Positions 18,191 through 28,100 of a DNA stretch of 64,000 bases are shown here, one piece after another. The notes beneath the pieces were generated by a model. That model was not told where the DNA came from and did no database searches. It worked only from the letters and a program-made list of their open reading frames with translations. The DNA comes from Candidatus Hydrogenedentota bacterium (GTDB lineage: Bacteria; Hydrogenedentota; Hydrogenedentia; Hydrogenedentales; JAEUWI01), in NCBI GenBank assembly GCA_016182605.1, contig JACPGE010000074.1, positions 1,694 to 65,693 on the forward strand, given 5' to 3'. The position numbers were made by a program, and so were the translations under genes. Each line of letters starts with the position of its first letter. The first letter of the stretch is position 1.

Positions 18191-20113
18191 TCACGGCCGG
18201 AACCCCGCCGGGCTGGCGTAGCGCTCTTGGGCCGCTTCGATGATCATGCGCAGCAGATCGCCGTAGCTGTAGCCCGCGAATCCCGCCATTATATTCAATT
18301 TGCCGTCCCAGCACCAACCCGGATTGGGATTCACCTCGAGGAGTTTTATTTCGCCTTGGGAATCCGCCCGGTAATCGAAGCGTACGTAGTCACGGCAGCC
18401 CAGGCGCTCGAAAAGCAGCATGGAACTGTCGATGAGCCGGCGCTTGTAGCCTTCGCTCAGTTTTGCCTCGTGGTAAGAGATCTGGCTCCAGTAAGGCGAG
18501 CCGGGCATCCACTTCGATTCGTAGCCCAGAATCTGGGGCAGCCCCTTGTCGAGCCCGGAATAGTCCACCTCCAGCAGCGGCAGCACCGTAACGTTCATAC
18601 CGGGATTACCGATAATGCCCACACTATATTCGGATCCCTGCAAGAATTCTTGAACGAGCAGCGAACGGTTCGGGAATTCGGTGCGTAGCAGCTCCCAATA
18701 GGCCAGCAGTTCCTGCTTGTCGCTTACCACGGCATTCTGGGTAATCCCCTGGCTGCTGTCCCCCATATTCGGCTTCAGGAGCGCGGGAAAGGACGAGGGC
18801 AGCGTCGCCATTTGATCGTCGGGGGCGAAGTAGGACTCCAGGGGCACCGCAATGTCCATCGACATGGCCAGCGCGCGCACGTGGGCCTTGTTGTAACAGA
18901 GCCCGAGACAGGAGGGGCCGCTTCCGCTGTAGGGGATGTTAAACATCTCGAGCAGCGCCGGAACATGCAGCTCCTTGAAGGCGTCGTTCTTGTAGCCCTC
19001 GTCGCACAGGTTGAAAACGAATTCCGGCTTCTCCTTCAACAGGGAGGGCAAGAGCGCCTCGTGGTCGTAAAAATAGGCGAACTCGTAATCGCCCAACGAT
19101 TTCAGGGCGTCGCGCATCTTTGCGTTGGTGTCCAGATCCTCGGGATTGAACTGCCCGTTCAGTTTCACAATGTCCGGAAGTTGCGGATCGCCCATCAGCA
19201 CGGTCACATTGCGGAAGCGCACTTTGGGGTGCTGGCGCGGCTCCACCTGCACCGGCTTCTTCGCCACCACCATGATCCGGCGCGTAAGCATCCCCAGATC
19301 CTGCTGGCGCGTGGAGGCGGTCGCGGGCGCCTCGTGCTTCACGATCGAAATGAAGCCCGCGCGCCGCAGCAGGTCCTGAATCTGCTCGTAGGTGTAAAGC
19401 CGTTCCGCGTAGAATTGATCCGCGATGATGCCCCGCTCGGCGTGGGTCACCACTTCGCGCGAGATGAGCCGCTGGCCGTCTTTGGCCACCGCGCGTTCCC
19501 GGCACACGAAATGCTGCTGGTCGATCCACTCCCAGGAACGGGGCTCGTAGTGCTCGCGCATCCAGTCGCCGTTCACCAGATCCAGCACCACCTGACCGCC
19601 CGGCTTCAGCACGCGGCGCACCGACTGCAGTACGGCCAGATCGTCTTCCGCGCGCTCGAAGTATCCGAATGAATTGCCCAGGATGCCCACGCAGGCCATG
19701 GATTGCTCCGGCAGGCGGAAACGGCGTGCGTCCCCCTCGCGGAAGGTGGCGGAGAGCCCCTCGCGCTGGGCGCGCTTGCGTGCGAGCCGCACCAGATAAC
19801 GCGAACGGTCCAGCCCGGTGACGCGCGAGTATCCCCGCTTCGCCAGTTCCAGGCAGTGCCGGCCCTGGCCGCAGCACAGGTCAAGAAAGGCATCGTCCTT
19901 CTGCAACTGGGCAATCTCGACGAGCCGGTCCACGTCCTGCACGGTGTTCAAGCCGTTCTCTACGACATCGCCGTCCGTCTTGAGATAGACGGCGTTGAAG
20001 AGGGTGCGCCACCAATCGGCGGGCAGGTGGCGCTCGAGATCGGACACGGGGCCCAGGGTCTTTGGCGCCTGCGATGCCGAGAGCGCAATACGATGGTTGT
20101 TCAGGGGATCCAT
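18191..20113 (-). CDS. fusion protein: class I SAM-dependent methyltransferase domain plus ATP-grasp (D-Ala-D-Ala ligase-like) domain
   Basis: N-terminal half has the MTase motif I DLCCGQGRHCLELAKRGYSRVTGLDRS. C-terminal half has ATP-grasp features (EYSVGIIGNP..., KLLEVNPNPGW). Confidence 0.7.
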   Translation of the reverse strand: MDPLNNHRIALSASQAPKTLGPVSDLERHLPADWWRTLFNAVYLKTDGDVVENGLNTVQDVDRLVEIAQLQKDDAFLDLCCGQGRHCLELAKRGYSRVTGLDRSRYLVRLARKRAQREGLSATFREGDARRFRLPEQSMACVGILGNSFGYFERAEDDLAVLQSVRRVLKPGGQVVLDLVNGDWMREHYEPRSWEWIDQQHFVCRERAVAKDGQRLISREVVTHAERGIIADQFYAERLYTYEQIQDLLRRAGFISIVKHEAPATASTRQQDLGMLTRRIMVVAKKPVQVEPRQHPKVRFRNVTVLMGDPQLPDIVKLNGQFNPEDLDTNAKMRDALKSLGDYEFAYFYDHEALLPSLLKEKPEFVFNLCDEGYKNDAFKELHVPALLEMFNIPYSGSGPSCLGLCYNKAHVRALAMSMDIAVPLESYFAPDDQMATLPSSFPALLKPNMGDSSQGITQNAVVSDKQELLAYWELLRTEFPNRSLLVQEFLQGSEYSVGIIGNPGMNVTVLPLLEVDYSGLDKGLPQILGYESKWMPGSPYWSQISYHEAKLSEGYKRRLIDSSMLLFERLGCRDYVRFDYRADSQGEIKLLEVNPNPGWCWDGKLNIMAGFAGYSYGDLLRMIIEAAQERYASPAGFRP

Positions 20114-20652
20114 GGTCTAACTCCGCGCCCGTTGCGTCCGCGCTGCGCGGCTACTGGTGGCCTCTACGTTCATGTACTCACCGGATCTCGCGTGCACTTC
20201 GGTGCCCGCTGGGTAGGCGCACACCATACACTTCGCGTGGTTGTGCGTTCTGGGGTTGTTGTAGCGCTGGCTTCATTCGAGGGCTGTGCCTCCGCCCAGA
20301 TGCCCGCCCAAGGCGCCTGTGCCGCACAGCGGAGGTATCAAATCGTCGTAAGGCGGGTAATACGGGTCCGAAGCCCGGCAGCGCGTCTTTTGCCGCCGGA
20401 CACAGTTGCCCGCAACGATTTCACGCAGCGCGAATTCTTCGCGCTGTCCATCCGTTCCAAGATGTACGTCGGCGCCATGGCGATGTACTCTATTCCGGCA
20501 GGCGCCGGGTGGTTGTTGCCCCGAATCGGCAACAACATACTATGATGCGGCCCGGAATGCAAGCCTCTTTTCAGGCAACCCGGAAATTCTTCCTCCCGGG
20601 ACCCGATTTCCGTCTGTTGACCCCGCGCCGTTATACTGTACGGTGCCATCCC

Positions 20653-21783
20653 ATGGAAAACTCTTTGTATAGCGAAAGTAAAGAAATGGCAAATTCAACC
20701 GCTTCGCCGGATCAGGCTCCCGACCCGCTCACCGCCGAGCCGGGCCTGGGCATCGCGCCCGATGGCGCCGTCCGCCAGCCCAATGCGGCGCTGCTCCAGT
20801 TGCTGGGCGTGCCTTCCACGGTGCTGGAGGGCCTTCCGGTGCACTCGCTTGAAGCCCGCAAGGAGATCCCCGAAGGCATCGCCTGGAGTCTGGCGCAGCT
20901 TTTCGACGAGATGGCCGCTCCGGAGGCCCCCCCGGCCCTGGCCATGCTCGCCTCGGAAGGCGAACGGGTTTTCTGTCTCAAGGCCTTCCGGCGTGCGGGC
21001 GGCGGCGGACTCTGGGTGCGCGTGGATGAGATTACGGACGCGTATGAAACCCACTATTACGACGAGACGGCGCACCACAGCCGCTGGCAGGAGCTGGAAG
21101 CGGAGAACCGCGAACTTGAGGCCTTCGCCTACAGCGTGGCCCACGATCTGCGCGCGCCCCTCCGCTTCATCGCCAAGTTCGCGCACCTGCTCATGGAAAA
21201 CCATGGCGAGGAACTTTCCAATGAGGCGCTCCAATACGCCGACCAGATTCGCGAGGGCTCGCGCCAGATGGCCCAGTTGATCGAGGACCTGCTGGAGTTT
21301 TCCCAGGTGATCGGCCAGTCCATCGACCGCGAGCCCGTCGACCTCGGGGCGCTCGTCGCCCAGGTTTACGAAGAGATGGCGGAAGAGCGCGAGGACCGGG
21401 CGGTGGAATTTGTGCTCCATGAACTGGCGCCCTGCCACGCCGACCCCGCGCTGCTGCGGCGGGTCCTCTACAACCTCCTGGGAAACGCGTTGAAATTCAC
21501 CCGGACCCGCGAACGCGCCCGGATTGAGATCGGTATGCACTGGGACGCGGAGGAGGAGGAGGCCGTGTACCACATTCGCGACAACGGCGTGGGTTTCGAC
21601 TCGGAATTCAGCGACCGGCTGTTCCAGGTTTTCAAGCGCTTTCACCAGCCGGACGAATTCGAGGGCACGGGCATCGGCCTGGCGCTGGTGAAACGCATTA
21701 TAGAGCGCCACGGCGGCCGCATCTGGGCCGAAAGCAAGGTCGGTGAGGGCGCCTGTTTCTATTTTACGCTCGCGCCGGAATGA
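20653..21783 (+). CDS. sensor histidine kinase (PAS-like N-terminus, HisKA, HATPase_c)
   Basis: Start refined to ATG 20653 (MENSLYSESKEMANST...). H-box FAYSVAHDLRAPLR, N-box LYNLLGNALKFT, G-boxes DNGVGFD and GTGIGLALV. Confidence 0.8.
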   Translation: MENSLYSESKEMANSTASPDQAPDPLTAEPGLGIAPDGAVRQPNAALLQLLGVPSTVLEGLPVHSLEARKEIPEGIAWSLAQLFDEMAAPEAPPALAMLASEGERVFCLKAFRRAGGGGLWVRVDEITDAYETHYYDETAHHSRWQELEAENRELEAFAYSVAHDLRAPLRFIAKFAHLLMENHGEELSNEALQYADQIREGSRQMAQLIEDLLEFSQVIGQSIDREPVDLGALVAQVYEEMAEEREDRAVEFVLHELAPCHADPALLRRVLYNLLGNALKFTRTRERARIEIGMHWDAEEEEAVYHIRDNGVGFDSEFSDRLFQVFKRFHQPDEFEGTGIGLALVKRIIERHGGRIWAESKVGEGACFYFTLAPE

Positions 21784-21810
21784 ACACGCGCCGGCCAATG
21801 CCGGGGCTGG

Positions 21811-22014
21811 CCCGCATATTTCATCACTCTGAGGCCTCCAGATTAGATTCGGATTGGCCCCGTGGTGAAATCTGCTCAGCGGGGCGATGGCGCTGGCGTT
21901 CACCGGGCAGGCTAAATCACGGGCTGTTGGTCATTCCCAGATTTGAAGTTGGGATAACGATAGGTGTGAGTGGGTGTTAAGACTACATTGTTAGGAGCCC
22001 GTGATTTATCCGGG
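21811..22014. repeat. MITE-like double-hairpin intergenic repeat, copy 1 (between the HK and RR genes)
   Basis: Shares with the copies at 29738 and 36499 the 5' end CCCGCATATTTCA(C/T)CAC, internal GTGGTGAAAT(A/C)TGC, conserved core GACGATGGxGCTGGCGxTCxCCGGGCAGGxxAAATCACGGGCTGT, and an identical 3' end GGAGCCCGTGATTTATCCGGG. Confidence 0.6.
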
Positions 22015-22029
22015 CAGGGGTGAACGGCA

Positions 22030-22749
22030 GTGGCTGAAACACGGATTCTGGTGGTGGACGACGACCACGAAGTGGCCGAGAAGGTGCGCAAACTCCTTAC
22101 GCGCGAGGGCTATGCCGTCGATTGCGTGGGCGATGGCGACGCCGCGTTGAAACGTATCGTTCAGTTTGAGCCCAACCTGGTCATTCTGGACATCACCCTG
22201 CCTTTTGCCCGCGACGAAAAGGACGGGCTCGATGGGATCGACATCCTCCGCCGCGTGCGGGAGGAATATGAAACGCCGGTGCTGATGCTGAGCGCAACCA
22301 GTGTCGGCGCCGTCAAGGTCATGGCGCTCACCATGGGGGCGGATGACTACCTGACCAAGCCCTTCAACCCGCAGGAACTGCTCGCGCGTGTCGGCGCGAT
22401 ACTCCGGCGCGCCCGGAACAGCATCCCGGGCGACGGCACGCTCGAATTCGAGGGGCTGCGCATTGAGCCGCAGACCCGGCGTGTCTGGAAGGGCGAGAGC
22501 CCGGTGGACCTCACGGTGATCGAATTCGAACTGCTCTATACCCTGGCGCGCCGGCCGGGACTCATCTTCTCGCGGGACCAGCTCATCGAAAACGCCTGGA
22601 AACACTCGTATTACGGCGTTCCCAAGGTAGTGGACGTCCATATTGGCCACATCCGGCGCAAGATCGAGGACGACCCCACCGCGCCGCGCTACATTGTGAC
22701 GGTGCGTGGACTCGGCTACCGCTTCGAAGGCAACGCCCTCAAGACCTGA
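22030..22749 (+). CDS. OmpR-family two-component response regulator (REC plus winged-helix)
   Basis: ILVVDDDHEVAEK...DYLTKPF receiver and a C-terminal trans_reg_C domain (YRFEG). Confidence 0.9.
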   Translation: MAETRILVVDDDHEVAEKVRKLLTREGYAVDCVGDGDAALKRIVQFEPNLVILDITLPFARDEKDGLDGIDILRRVREEYETPVLMLSATSVGAVKVMALTMGADDYLTKPFNPQELLARVGAILRRARNSIPGDGTLEFEGLRIEPQTRRVWKGESPVDLTVIEFELLYTLARRPGLIFSRDQLIENAWKHSYYGVPKVVDVHIGHIRRKIEDDPTAPRYIVTVRGLGYRFEGNALKT

Positions 22750-22970
22750 ACGCGATTCACTTCGGAACGGCGGAGTCTCCCCTGTCCCACTTACCCGGTT
22801 TCGTTGTCTTGCCAGGCCGGTCATTTACCGAAACTTTACCCTTAATTTGCCCCCAGTTTTCTCCCCGCCCCTACACTCCACGCCGGAATGGTCCCCGTTT
22901 ACCATGAATGCGAAGGGCAATCGCTCCTTCGCCCGTGCCCCAATCCGCACGTTTCCAGAGGCCTCCCTGC

Positions 22971-23408
22971 ATGCGAAAAGATCCCGTCGAAATCATTGTC
23001 ATTGAAGACAAGATGGAAGACCGCAAGTCCATCGTCGCCGCCCTTTCGCGCATTGTACCCGCGGCGTTGATTGCCGACTTCGACGATGACCGCAGTGCCC
23101 TCCACTTCATTCGCGCCGAAGTCTCCGGCGATCCCAAGCGCAGCGCCGCGCTGCGCCTCATCGTGCTCGACTTCCACTTGAAGAACCGTACGGCGCCCCG
23201 GGTGATCGGTGAACTTCGTGCCCAGAAAGGCCTCGGCCTGATTCCGGTCGTCATCCTCTCCGATTCGGGCGACACCAAAGACATCCGGGAAAGCTACGAG
23301 CACGGCGCCAACGCGTTTATCCGCAAGCCCGTCGATTTTGGCGAGTTTAACGAGACGGTCGACCTGATAGGACGATTCTGGCTCGAAGCCAATGAATCGG
23401 GTTCCTGA
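22971..23408 (+). CDS. single-domain CheY-like response regulator receiver protein
   Basis: Start refined to ATG 22971 (MRKDPVEIIVIEDK). Acidic pocket, phospho-acceptor D in LIVLDFHL, and K in FIRKP. Confidence 0.7.
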   Translation: MRKDPVEIIVIEDKMEDRKSIVAALSRIVPAALIADFDDDRSALHFIRAEVSGDPKRSAALRLIVLDFHLKNRTAPRVIGELRAQKGLGLIPVVILSDSGDTKDIRESYEHGANAFIRKPVDFGEFNETVDLIGRFWLEANESGS

Positions 23409-23477
23409 ACCTTCGCATTTCATCCGGGCGCCTGCCCGTGAGCCCGGCCAAAACACAAGACACCCAGAGATCCCACG

Positions 23478-24020
23478 ATGAGCACCGCCGACTTCCTTAC
23501 CGCACTCCTAATCTTCGGCCTTCGCGTCACCGATGTCAGCATCGGCACCACCAAGCTCCTCTTTCTCGTCCGGGGCTACCGCATACTGACCCCGCTGCTT
23601 TCGTTTCTTGAAGCGTGCGTCTGGCTTTTGGCCACCACGATTGTCTTCCGGAATCTCGATAGCCTTCTGAACGGATTCGCCTTTGCCAGTGGTTTCGCCG
23701 CGGGCACCGTGGCCGGTATGGCCATCGAACGGTGGGTCGGGCTCGGCTATACCTTGGTGCGCATCTTCACCCGGGAAGACCCCGCGCGCATTACCGCCAT
23801 CCTTCGCGAGAGCAACTTCGGCATGACCTCGTTCCGCGCCGCCGGCTACGAGGGCGAACTCGCTGTCCTGCTGGTCGTGACCACCCCCAAACAGGCCGAC
23901 CGCCTCATACGCATCATCAAGGAACTCGACCCCAAGGTCTTTGTCACGGTGGACCCGGTGCGTTCCGTGATCGGTGGGTACTCCCCCATGGGGCGCACAC
24001 CGAGCCTTTTGAGGAAATGA
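23478..24020 (+). CDS. UPF0316/DUF2179-family small membrane protein
   Basis: Two or three N-terminal TM helices followed by a soluble C-domain, ~180 aa. The family assignment is from overall architecture only. Confidence 0.45.
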   Translation: MSTADFLTALLIFGLRVTDVSIGTTKLLFLVRGYRILTPLLSFLEACVWLLATTIVFRNLDSLLNGFAFASGFAAGTVAGMAIERWVGLGYTLVRIFTREDPARITAILRESNFGMTSFRAAGYEGELAVLLVVTTPKQADRLIRIIKELDPKVFVTVDPVRSVIGGYSPMGRTPSLLRK

Positions 24021-24156
24021 GCCGGAGCCGTGTTTCGTTGGCGTGCCCACGCCGGGACCCAATACTATGCCCTTTTGTTGCACTCGGCCCCTGGAACCGC
24101 AGTCCAAACGAGGGGCCGGGGGGATGGACGACATGGACTCGATGGACGGGGATAGA

Positions 24157-24293
24157 CCGTGCGAAACGAGGGGTCGGGGGGAAAAATCAACCACGGATGG
24201 ACACCGGTGGACACGGATGGGAGGAGGAGGGGATGAACCACGAGTGGACACAAAAGTCACGAAATGGGGGGAGAAGCCGTGCGAAACGAGGGG
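24157..24293. repeat. purine-rich intergenic region with 17-nt direct repeat CCGTGCGAAACGAGGGG (24157-24173 and 24277-24293)
   Basis: Exact 17-mer repeated 120 nt apart inside a ~450-bp G/A-rich non-coding stretch upstream of the PSCyt gene. Confidence 0.4.
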
Positions 24294-24477
24294 GATTTGA
24301 TTGACTTTATGGGAAATTTTTACACTTCGTGTCTTTGCAGCGTGGAATAACGCTCGCAGCACATATTAACTCGTAGACTCTCCCCGGCAGTTCGCCGCAA
24401 CTGCCGCCCCGCACACCCTTCTCTCCCCTGCGCGGCTGCATTTGTGGGGATCCCGGCCTATCGAGTAGAATCGAGGT

Positions 24478-27400
24478 ATGAACCGGGCAGGGGGCAAACG
24501 GCGTGAGGATTTGGGCGTGCAAGCATTGAGTGCCATTCCAGTTGTTTACTTTCCGCGGCCCGTGGCCTGTGCCGCTCTGGTCCTGGCGTGGACCCTCCCG
24601 GCCCTCGCGGCGGAACCGGTTAACTTCAACCGCGACATCCGCCCGGTGATTTCGGACAAGTGCGTCTCGTGTCATGGTCCGGACGAGAAGACGCGCAAGA
24701 TGGAACTGCGCCTGGATCGGAAAGACGGTCTGTTTGGGGTAACGAAAGACGGCGCCGCCATTGTGGCCCCGGGCAACCCCGATGCGAGCGCGCTGCTGCA
24801 ACGCATCACCCACGCGGATGTGGACGAGCGCATGCCTCCGGCGGAGACGAAGAATCCGCTGAGCGCGGAGGAAATCGAGGCGCTTCGGAATTGGATAGTC
24901 CAGGGCGCGCCCTGGCAGGACCACTGGGCTTTTGAACGGCCGGTGAAACCGGCGCTGCCCGAGGTTTCCAACCCGGCTTGGTGCCGCAACGAGATCGATC
25001 GGTTTGTGCTTGCGAAGCTGGATGAAGCCGGCTTGCCCCCCGGGGCGGAAGCCCGCAAAGAAACGCTTCTCCGGCGCGTTTCATTCGACCTCACTGGATT
25101 GCCGCCCACGCCCGGCGAGGTGGACGCTTTTCTCGCGGACACGAGCGACGGCGCCTACGAGACGTTGGTCGACCGCCTCCTCGCCACGCCGCAGTATGGG
25201 GAGCGCATGGCCTTCACGTGGCTGGACGCGGCGCGCTATGCCGATACGAATGGATACCAGCGCGACACCAAGCGGTACATGTGGCACTGGCGCGATTGGG
25301 TGATCAACGCCTACAACGAAAACATGCCCTTCGACCAGTTCACCATTGAGCAGCTCGCGGGAGATTTGCTGCCCGACGCCACGCTCTCGCAGAAGATTGC
25401 CACGGGCTTCAACCGCAACCACCGGATCAATGGTGAAGGCGGCATCATCCCGGAGGAGTATGCGGTGGAGTATGTGGTGGATCGGGTTGCCACGACCAGC
25501 ACCACGTGGATGGGGCTGACCATGGGCTGTGTCCGCTGCCATGATCACAAGTTTGATCCCATCTCGCAGAAGGAATTCTACGAGATGTATGCCTTCTTCA
25601 ACCGGGTCCCGGAGAATGGCAAAGGCGAAGAGCGCGGCAACGATGTGCCCTACATCGCCGTGCCCACGGCGGAAGAGACCGCGCGCCGGGAGGAACTCAC
25701 CGGGAAGATCGCGGCGGTGGAGCAGGAGCTTGCCGCCCCCGATGAGCGGCTCGATGGCTTGCAGCGCGCTTGGGAAGAGCAGCTCTATGCCACGTTCTCG
25801 GAACTCAACTGGCAGCCGATCGGCAATCCCACCGTCGCGGCCGTGAATGGCGCCGTGCTCACGCCACAGGCCGACCAGAGCCTGCTCGCGAGCGGCCCCA
25901 GCCCGGACAAGGAAGTCTATGAGATTTCCTTCGAGGCCACCGGGGCCGTGCGCTCGTTCAAGCTGGAGATCTTTACCGATCCGTCGCTGCCTGCGGGCGG
26001 TCCCGGCCGCGCCCCGGAAGGCAACCTCGTTATCTCCGGCTTCGAAGTCGAGCGCACTCCTGCTGGTGGCACGGGCGCAGCCGAGCCTGTGCGCGTTGCG
26101 GATGCCATTGCCGATTATGCGCAGGACAACGGCGACTACCGGGCCATCAACGCGATCGACGCGAGCGATGACACGGGCTGGGCCACGGGATCGCCCTACC
26201 GGCGGGAGAACCGATCTGCGATCTTCACACTCGCTCCGGATGCGGGCATTGCCGCGGGCGATCGCGTGACGGTGCGCATCCGTCAGAACTCTCCATATCC
26301 CCAGCACACCGTCGGGAGATTCCGTTTGCTGCAATCGGCCTCGGGCGCCGCGGCGGCGTGGGCGCGGCCCGAATTTGGGCCGTGGCATTACGTGGGCCCC
26401 TTCCCCATCGAGAACAACAACGACAGCATGCTCATTGAGCGTGTCTTCGCCCCGGAACGCGGCTTCGATCCCGATCGCGAACACGGTCCGGAGCGTCTGC
26501 GCTGGCAGGAACGGCCCGAGTGGGAAGATGGCAAGCTTGTCAATTTCGATGCCTCCGGACGCACTGCACACTACCTCCACCGCAACCTGCGCCTCGCCAT
26601 TCCCACCACCGTGGTGCTTTCCCTGGGCAGCAACGATGCCATCAAAGTCTGGGTGGACGGTGAGGTGAAACATCTTTTCAATGGCGGCCGGACGGTTGCC
26701 CCCGATCAGGATCGGGTGGAGCTTTTCCTTCCCGCGGGCGACCACAGCCTCCTGATCAAGATCGCCAACTTCGGCGGTGCGTGTGGCTATTATTTCCGCC
26801 ATGTGGACGATGGCGGGCAGGCGCTTTTCGCGATGATGCACCAGCTTGCGGCGCCGCCGGAACAGCGCGACGCGGAACAGCGCAGGATCCTGCAGGAGCG
26901 TTTTCGCGCGCAGGACGCCCAATGGGTTGCACGCAACGGCGCATTGATTGGCCTGCGGAACGAACTGGGCACGCTCGACAAGAGCATTGCCACCACCATG
27001 ATCATGGAGGACATGGCCACGCCGCGCGACACGTATCTTCTGAAGCGCGGTGTCTATGATGCGCCCGACACGACGGAGAAACTCTTTCCCAGCGTTCCCG
27101 AACGCCTGGGCGAAATGGATCCCGCCCTGCCGAAGAACCGGCTGGGTCTCGCGCAATGGCTTATGGACCCGAAACATCCGCTTACGGCGCGCGTGCAGGT
27201 CAACCAGTTCTGGCAGACACACTTTGGCCGGGGCCTGGTGAAGACCGCCGAGGATTTCGGCACCCAGGGCGCCGCCCCCAGCCACCCCGGACTGCTCGAC
27301 TGGCTCGCATTGCGCTTTATCGAGTCCGGCTGGGACGTGAAGGCGATGCACAAGTACATCGTCATGAGCGCCACATACCGTCAATCTTCGGTCGTCTCGG

Positions 27401-28095
27401 ACAGCGCCCGCGAGGCGGACCCGGAAAATGTCCTCCTCAGCCGCGCGCCGCGCTTCCGGTTGCCCGCCGAGATGGTCCGCGATCAGGCGCTTAAGGTCAG
27501 TGGATTGCTGAACCCGGAGATTGGCGGCCCCTCCGCCTTCCCCTATCAGCCCGGCGATCTGTGGTCCGCACTTACGTTTCAGAACATGGACGAGTTCGAC
27601 AGCAACTTCTACACGCAGGACAAGGGCCCCAAACTTTACCGCCGCGGACTCTACACCTATTGGAAGCGCACCATCGCGCCGCCGGGGATGCAGATATTCG
27701 ACGCCGGTGATCGCGACCGCTGTTCGCTCTACCGTGAGAAGACGAACACCCCGATGCAGGCACTGATGCTACTCAACGATCCCACGTTCGTCGAGGCGGC
27801 CCGGCACCTGGCCGAGCGCATGATTCACGAGGGCGGTGAACGATCCGCGGATCGCATCCGCCTCGGTTACCGCCTGGCGCTCGCCCAGGAACCTTCCGCG
27901 GAAAAACAGCAGGTCCTGCTCGGCGGACTCAACGATTACCAGACCCACTTCAACAGCCGTCCGGACGATGCCACGGCACTCCTCGGCGTGGGGGATTCCC
28001 CGCACGACCCGGCCATTGCGGACACCGAACTCGCGGCCTATACGGCCATTGCTACGGTCATGCTCAACCTCGATGAAATCATCACACGGGAATAA
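24478..28095 (+). CDS. PSCyt1/PSCyt2-DUF1549-DUF1553 family protein (Planctomycete cytochrome-c-like CxxCH, PSD1)
   Basis: [10 protein letters not shown] haem-like motif near the N-terminus. The central region is conserved with the two paralogs at 32449-35616 and 48056-50512, and there is a C-terminal DUF1553-like region. The true start is possibly the internal GTG before [11 protein letters not shown] (signal peptide). Confidence 0.85.
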   Translation: MNRAGGKRREDLGVQALSAIPVVYFPRPVACAALVLAWTLPALAAEPVNFNRDIRPVISDKCVSCHGPDEKTRKMELRLDRKDGLFGVTKDGAAIVAPGNPDASALLQRITHADVDERMPPAETKNPLSAEEIEALRNWIVQGAPWQDHWAFERPVKPALPEVSNPAWCRNEIDRFVLAKLDEAGLPPGAEARKETLLRRVSFDLTGLPPTPGEVDAFLADTSDGAYETLVDRLLATPQYGERMAFTWLDAARYADTNGYQRDTKRYMWHWRDWVINAYNENMPFDQFTIEQLAGDLLPDATLSQKIATGFNRNHRINGEGGIIPEEYAVEYVVDRVATTSTTWMGLTMGCVRCHDHKFDPISQKEFYEMYAFFNRVPENGKGEERGNDVPYIAVPTAEETARREELTGKIAAVEQELAAPDERLDGLQRAWEEQLYATFSELNWQPIGNPTVAAVNGAVLTPQADQSLLASGPSPDKEVYEISFEATGAVRSFKLEIFTDPSLPAGGPGRAPEGNLVISGFEVERTPAGGTGAAEPVRVADAIADYAQDNGDYRAINAIDASDDTGWATGSPYRRENRSAIFTLAPDAGIAAGDRVTVRIRQNSPYPQHTVGRFRLLQSASGAAAAWARPEFGPWHYVGPFPIENNNDSMLIERVFAPERGFDPDREHGPERLRWQERPEWEDGKLVNFDASGRTAHYLHRNLRLAIPTTVVLSLGSNDAIKVWVDGEVKHLFNGGRTVAPDQDRVELFLPAGDHSLLIKIANFGGACGYYFRHVDDGGQALFAMMHQLAAPPEQRDAEQRRILQERFRAQDAQWVARNGALIGLRNELGTLDKSIATTMIMEDMATPRDTYLLKRGVYDAPDTTEKLFPSVPERLGEMDPALPKNRLGLAQWLMDPKHPLTARVQVNQFWQTHFGRGLVKTAEDFGTQGAAPSHPGLLDWLALRFIESGWDVKAMHKYIVMSATYRQSSVVSDSAREADPENVLLSRAPRFRLPAEMVRDQALKVSGLLNPEIGGPSAFPYQPGDLWSALTFQNMDEFDSNFYTQDKGPKLYRRGLYTYWKRTIAPPGMQIFDAGDRDRCSLYREKTNTPMQALMLLNDPTFVEAARHLAERMIHEGGERSADRIRLGYRLALAQEPSAEKQQVLLGGLNDYQTHFNSRPDDATALLGVGDSPHDPAIADTELAAYTAIATVMLNLDEIITRE

Positions 28096-28100
28096 GCACC

